From contig JAVKJW010000001.1 in assembly GCA_031458695.1 (NCBI GenBank), forward strand, positions 192,001 to 256,000: DNA of 64,000 nt, in the 5' to 3' direction. Below the pieces are notes generated by a model. The model worked only from the letters and a program-made list of their open reading frames with translations. It had not been told where the DNA came from and searched no databases. Below, piece after piece: positions 61,448-64,000 of the stretch. Numbering within the stretch: position 1 is the stretch's first letter; the number at the start of each line of letters is the position of its first letter. The position numbers were made by a program, and so were the translations under genes. Source of the stretch: Candidatus Thermofontivivens primus (GTDB taxonomy: Bacteria; Sysuimicrobiota; Sysuimicrobiia; Sysuimicrobiales; Thermofontiviventaceae).

Positions 61448-63490
61448 ACGGTCACCTGGATCGAGCCCTTCCGCAAGCAGCGTATCCTGGCCGTTCTTAT
61501 AGGGATCGGCCTTCTCGCTTCCCTCGCCATCCTCGCAGGCCGTGCAGGTGTGGAAGCGCATTCCCGCCAGGTGGAGATCGTCCTCGATGAGCCGAGCTGG
61601 AGGTTCCTGGCCTCGCGCGCAGGACTTCCCCCTGAGGGGTTGTTTGCCGAGCTCAAGAAGCGAGGAGCCACCTCCCTCGCCCTCTACGAGGCCACCCTTC
61701 GCAGGTTGCAGGAGGCAGGAACGATCAACTACGCGGCGGGGGCTGAGATCCTCTCCCAAGCACACGGAGGGTTCCTCCCACCCCTCCTGGGATCCCTCGT
61801 GCGGGAAGGAAAGGTTTCGCCCTATGCGGTCTATGTCTTCGGCCCTCCCTCCATCTTGGGGGAACTGGGCGCACGCTTTCAGGATTACCTGGGGGCCACC
61901 CGGGTGCGCCTTGTTCACGTAAGCGCTGGAAGCGAGGTGCTGGAAGTCCAGGGGGATGTGCGTGACCTGGAGGAGATGGGCTTGGGGTTCCTCCCTGGCA
62001 CTTCCCCTTCCTTCGGTTTGCGCGTTGTGCTACGGCTTCGGAACTACCGGGGCCTTTCTGCCGAGGGGCTGGAACGCCGTTTCTCCCGTTACACTGGATC
62101 TCCAGAGGGAACGCCAGTCATCTTTGAGCTGACCGAGGTCCTGGGCGCTGAACACCTCATCAAGCCAGCTGCGGAGCAAATGAAGCGTTTGGGGTTCCAA
62201 TTTGGTCGTATTGAAGCGTTCTCCGAGGCTCGCCGCCAGAGGGGCGAGGAATCCCTGGCCCGCCTCCTTGCTCCAACGGTGATCCGTGTGTTTAGCATCC
62301 CTCCAGAGGAGCTGAACCGTCTTGCTCCCTCCGAGGCCGTGGACAAGTACCTGCGCGCCGCCCGGGAGCGCAACATCCGGATCCTCTACATCCGTCCATT
62401 CCTCCAGACCAGCGCGGGGGTCGATGCGATCTCCACGAATCTCGAGTACGTGACGGCCATCGCCAGAGGGCTCAAGGAGCAGGGGTTCAAGTTAGGCCCA
62501 GCACAGCCCCTCCCTTCTTTCTACCCTCCCAGAGGTCTTTTCTACGCGGTCGCAGCAGGAGCCCTTGCAGGCGGAGCCTTGCTCCTTGGGCTTCTCTTGG
62601 AAGGGTTGGACCCCAAGCTAGGCATGGCGAGGCGTTATCTCCCGTTGCTCGTCCTCCTGGGTCTAGGTGTTACAGTCCTTTTCCGGTTTGCGGGCCCGTT
62701 TACCCTCTGGCGGAAGCTCCTCGCCCTTGGCACGGCGGTGGCCTTCCCCACCCTTGGCCTCCTCCTCGCCATACCCGTGCAGGGAGCCCCTGCCCAGAGC
62801 CAGTACCTGCTCCGATCCCTTCTGCTACGGACCCTCGGGACCTTGTGGCTCGCTGCGCTCTTTTCTGTGGTGGGTGGCCTATTAGTCGCTGCGCTGCTGA
62901 GCCAGTGGACTTTCATGATGGCCATGGACACGTTCATGGGTGTGAAGATCAACTACCTCCTCCCACCTGTCCTGGTGGCCTTCCTCCTGTGGACCCGAGC
63001 ACGGCCCGAAGAGAGCGGGTACAAGGAGCTCTGGCACCGGGCTGGTGCGTTCCTTGTGGAACCGCTCAGGGTCTGGCACGCCGTGCTCCTTGTGGTTTTG
63101 GCAGGGGCGTTCGGCGTCCTCCTCTTGCGCACGGGGAACATCGGTCTTCCCCTGCCAGCGGTGGAGGAGAAGATCCGAGTGGCTCTTGAACACGCGTTCA
63201 TCGCCAGGCCGAGGACCAAGGAATACCTCATCGGCCACCCTGCCCTGATGATGGCAGGAGCTTTGAGCTTGCTGGGGTGGTGGCGCTGGGCCATCCCACT
63301 CGCTGCCCTGGCTTCAATTGGCCAGGTGAGCATGGTGAACTCCTTTTCCCACATCCACACCCCTGTCCTCTATACCCTGTGGAGGACCTTAGGGGGTCTT
63401 GGCCTGGGTTCCGTCATGGGCCTCCTGGCAGTTGCCCTCCTCGTTGGGTTCGTCCGGCTCGTCCGCCCTTCCGCCTTGCGTGGTCCCTGA
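61448..63490 (+). CDS. DUF5693-family membrane protein (start uncertain)
   Basis: RAARERNIRILYIRP, FMGVK, RTGN, RPRTKEYLIGHP, IGQVSMVNSFSHIHTP; sits beside csaB. Confidence 0.85.
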   Translation, partial: TVTWIEPFRKQRILAVLIGIGLLASLAILAGRAGVEAHSRQVEIVLDEPSWRFLASRAGLPPEGLFAELKKRGATSLALYEATLRRLQEAGTINYAAGAEILSQAHGGFLPPLLGSLVREGKVSPYAVYVFGPPSILGELGARFQDYLGATRVRLVHVSAGSEVLEVQGDVRDLEEMGLGFLPGTSPSFGLRVVLRLRNYRGLSAEGLERRFSRYTGSPEGTPVIFELTEVLGAEHLIKPAAEQMKRLGFQFGRIEAFSEARRQRGEESLARLLAPTVIRVFSIPPEELNRLAPSEAVDKYLRAARERNIRILYIRPFLQTSAGVDAISTNLEYVTAIARGLKEQGFKLGPAQPLPSFYPPRGLFYAVAAGALAGGALLLGLLLEGLDPKLGMARRYLPLLVLLGLGVTVLFRFAGPFTLWRKLLALGTAVAFPTLGLLLAIPVQGAPAQSQYLLRSLLLRTLGTLWLAALFSVVGGLLVAALLSQWTFMMAMDTFMGVKINYLLPPVLVAFLLWTRARPEESGYKELWHRAGAFLVEPLRVWHAVLLVVLAGAFGVLLLRTGNIGLPLPAVEEKIRVALEHAFIARPRTKEYLIGHPALMMAGALSLLGWWRWAIPLAALASIGQVSMVNSFSHIHTPVLYTLWRTLGGLGLGSVMGLLAVALLVGFVRLVRPSALRGP

Positions 63491-63491
63491 G

Positions 63492-64000
63492 ATGCGCATC
63501 GTTCTATCCGGCTATTACGGCTTCGGGAACACCGGTGACGAGGCAATTCTCTCTGCCACGGTGCGGGAGCTTCGGAGCCGCCTCCCCGGTGCCGAGGTCA
63601 TGGTTCTCTCCGCCGACCCGCAAAGAACTGCCAGGGAATACGGGGTACGGGCTATCCCCAGGGCGCATCCGATGAGCCTCCTGAAAGCTCTAGCTCGATG
63701 TACCCTCTTCCTAAGCGGGGGAGGGACGCTCCTCCAGGATGCCACGAGCTGGTGGAGCCCTCTCTATTACCTTGGAGTTCTGGCGGGGGGGCTCGCCCTG
63801 GCCGAGCGAACTGCGATCTACGCCCAAGGGTTCGGCCCTCTCCGCACCCGAGCGATCAGAGTCCTTGCGAGATGGCTCCTAGACCGTGTGGACCTCATCA
63901 CCCTCCGGGATGAAGATAGCAGGGTAGCGATCCAAGAGCTGGGGGTGCGTAGGCCAGGGATCTATGTGGGCGCCGATCCCGCGTTTCTCCTCGATCCTGT
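63492..64000 (+). CDS. csaB: Polysaccharide pyruvyl transferase CsaB (3' truncated)
   Basis: MRIVLSGYYGFGNTGDEAIL, LSGGGTLLQDATS, YAQGFGP, ITLRDE. Confidence 0.95.
   Translation, partial: MRIVLSGYYGFGNTGDEAILSATVRELRSRLPGAEVMVLSADPQRTAREYGVRAIPRAHPMSLLKALARCTLFLSGGGTLLQDATSWWSPLYYLGVLAGGLALAERTAIYAQGFGPLRTRAIRVLARWLLDRVDLITLRDEDSRVAIQELGVRRPGIYVGADPAFLLDP

Noticed and set aside
1..64000. CRISPR arrays, tRNA/rRNA genes, prophage or integrase
   Set aside because: No regularly spaced repeats, cloverleaf or rRNA-like sequence, or recombinase/phage proteins recognised by eye; tRNAscan and Infernal would confirm.

Overview
High-GC (roughly 60-65% by eye) bacterial chromosomal segment, mostly housekeeping genes in a Bacillota/Terrabacteria-like order. 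From left to right: codY (5'-truncated), rpsB-tsf-pyrH-frr-uppS-cdsA-dxr-rseP-ispG, mgtC-like, rhomboid, an archaeal-type SAM synthetase, AlaX and a TAXI-TRAP transporter. Next come argCJBDGH-argR with ARG boxes, phoH-pgpH-ybeY-dgkA, then a minus-strand block (hlyC-like, DUF502, cdd, recO, glyQS, ppdK, dGTPase, membrane PPase, peptide ABC). The right part holds a futalosine-pathway menaquinone operon, csp, hpf, secA, lnt, prfB (programmed +1 frameshift), DUF5693 and csaB (3'-truncated). The one accessory region, 16530-19632, is bracketed by a 61-bp, 59/61-identical inverted repeat. It holds decayed pieces of four different transposases and a DUF5666 pseudogene around one intact, apparently leaderless vapBC pair. 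Other unusual signals are a dispersed palindrome family sitting at stop codons (it even encodes the last residues of CodY and RecO), a probable CTG start for secA overlapped by a uORF stop, a TetR-like operator on the mqn promoter, an Lnt-CPBP-like fusion, and a probable ~16 kb inversion. I saw no tRNA, rRNA or CRISPR array. All family assignments come from recognising motifs by eye; no searches were run.
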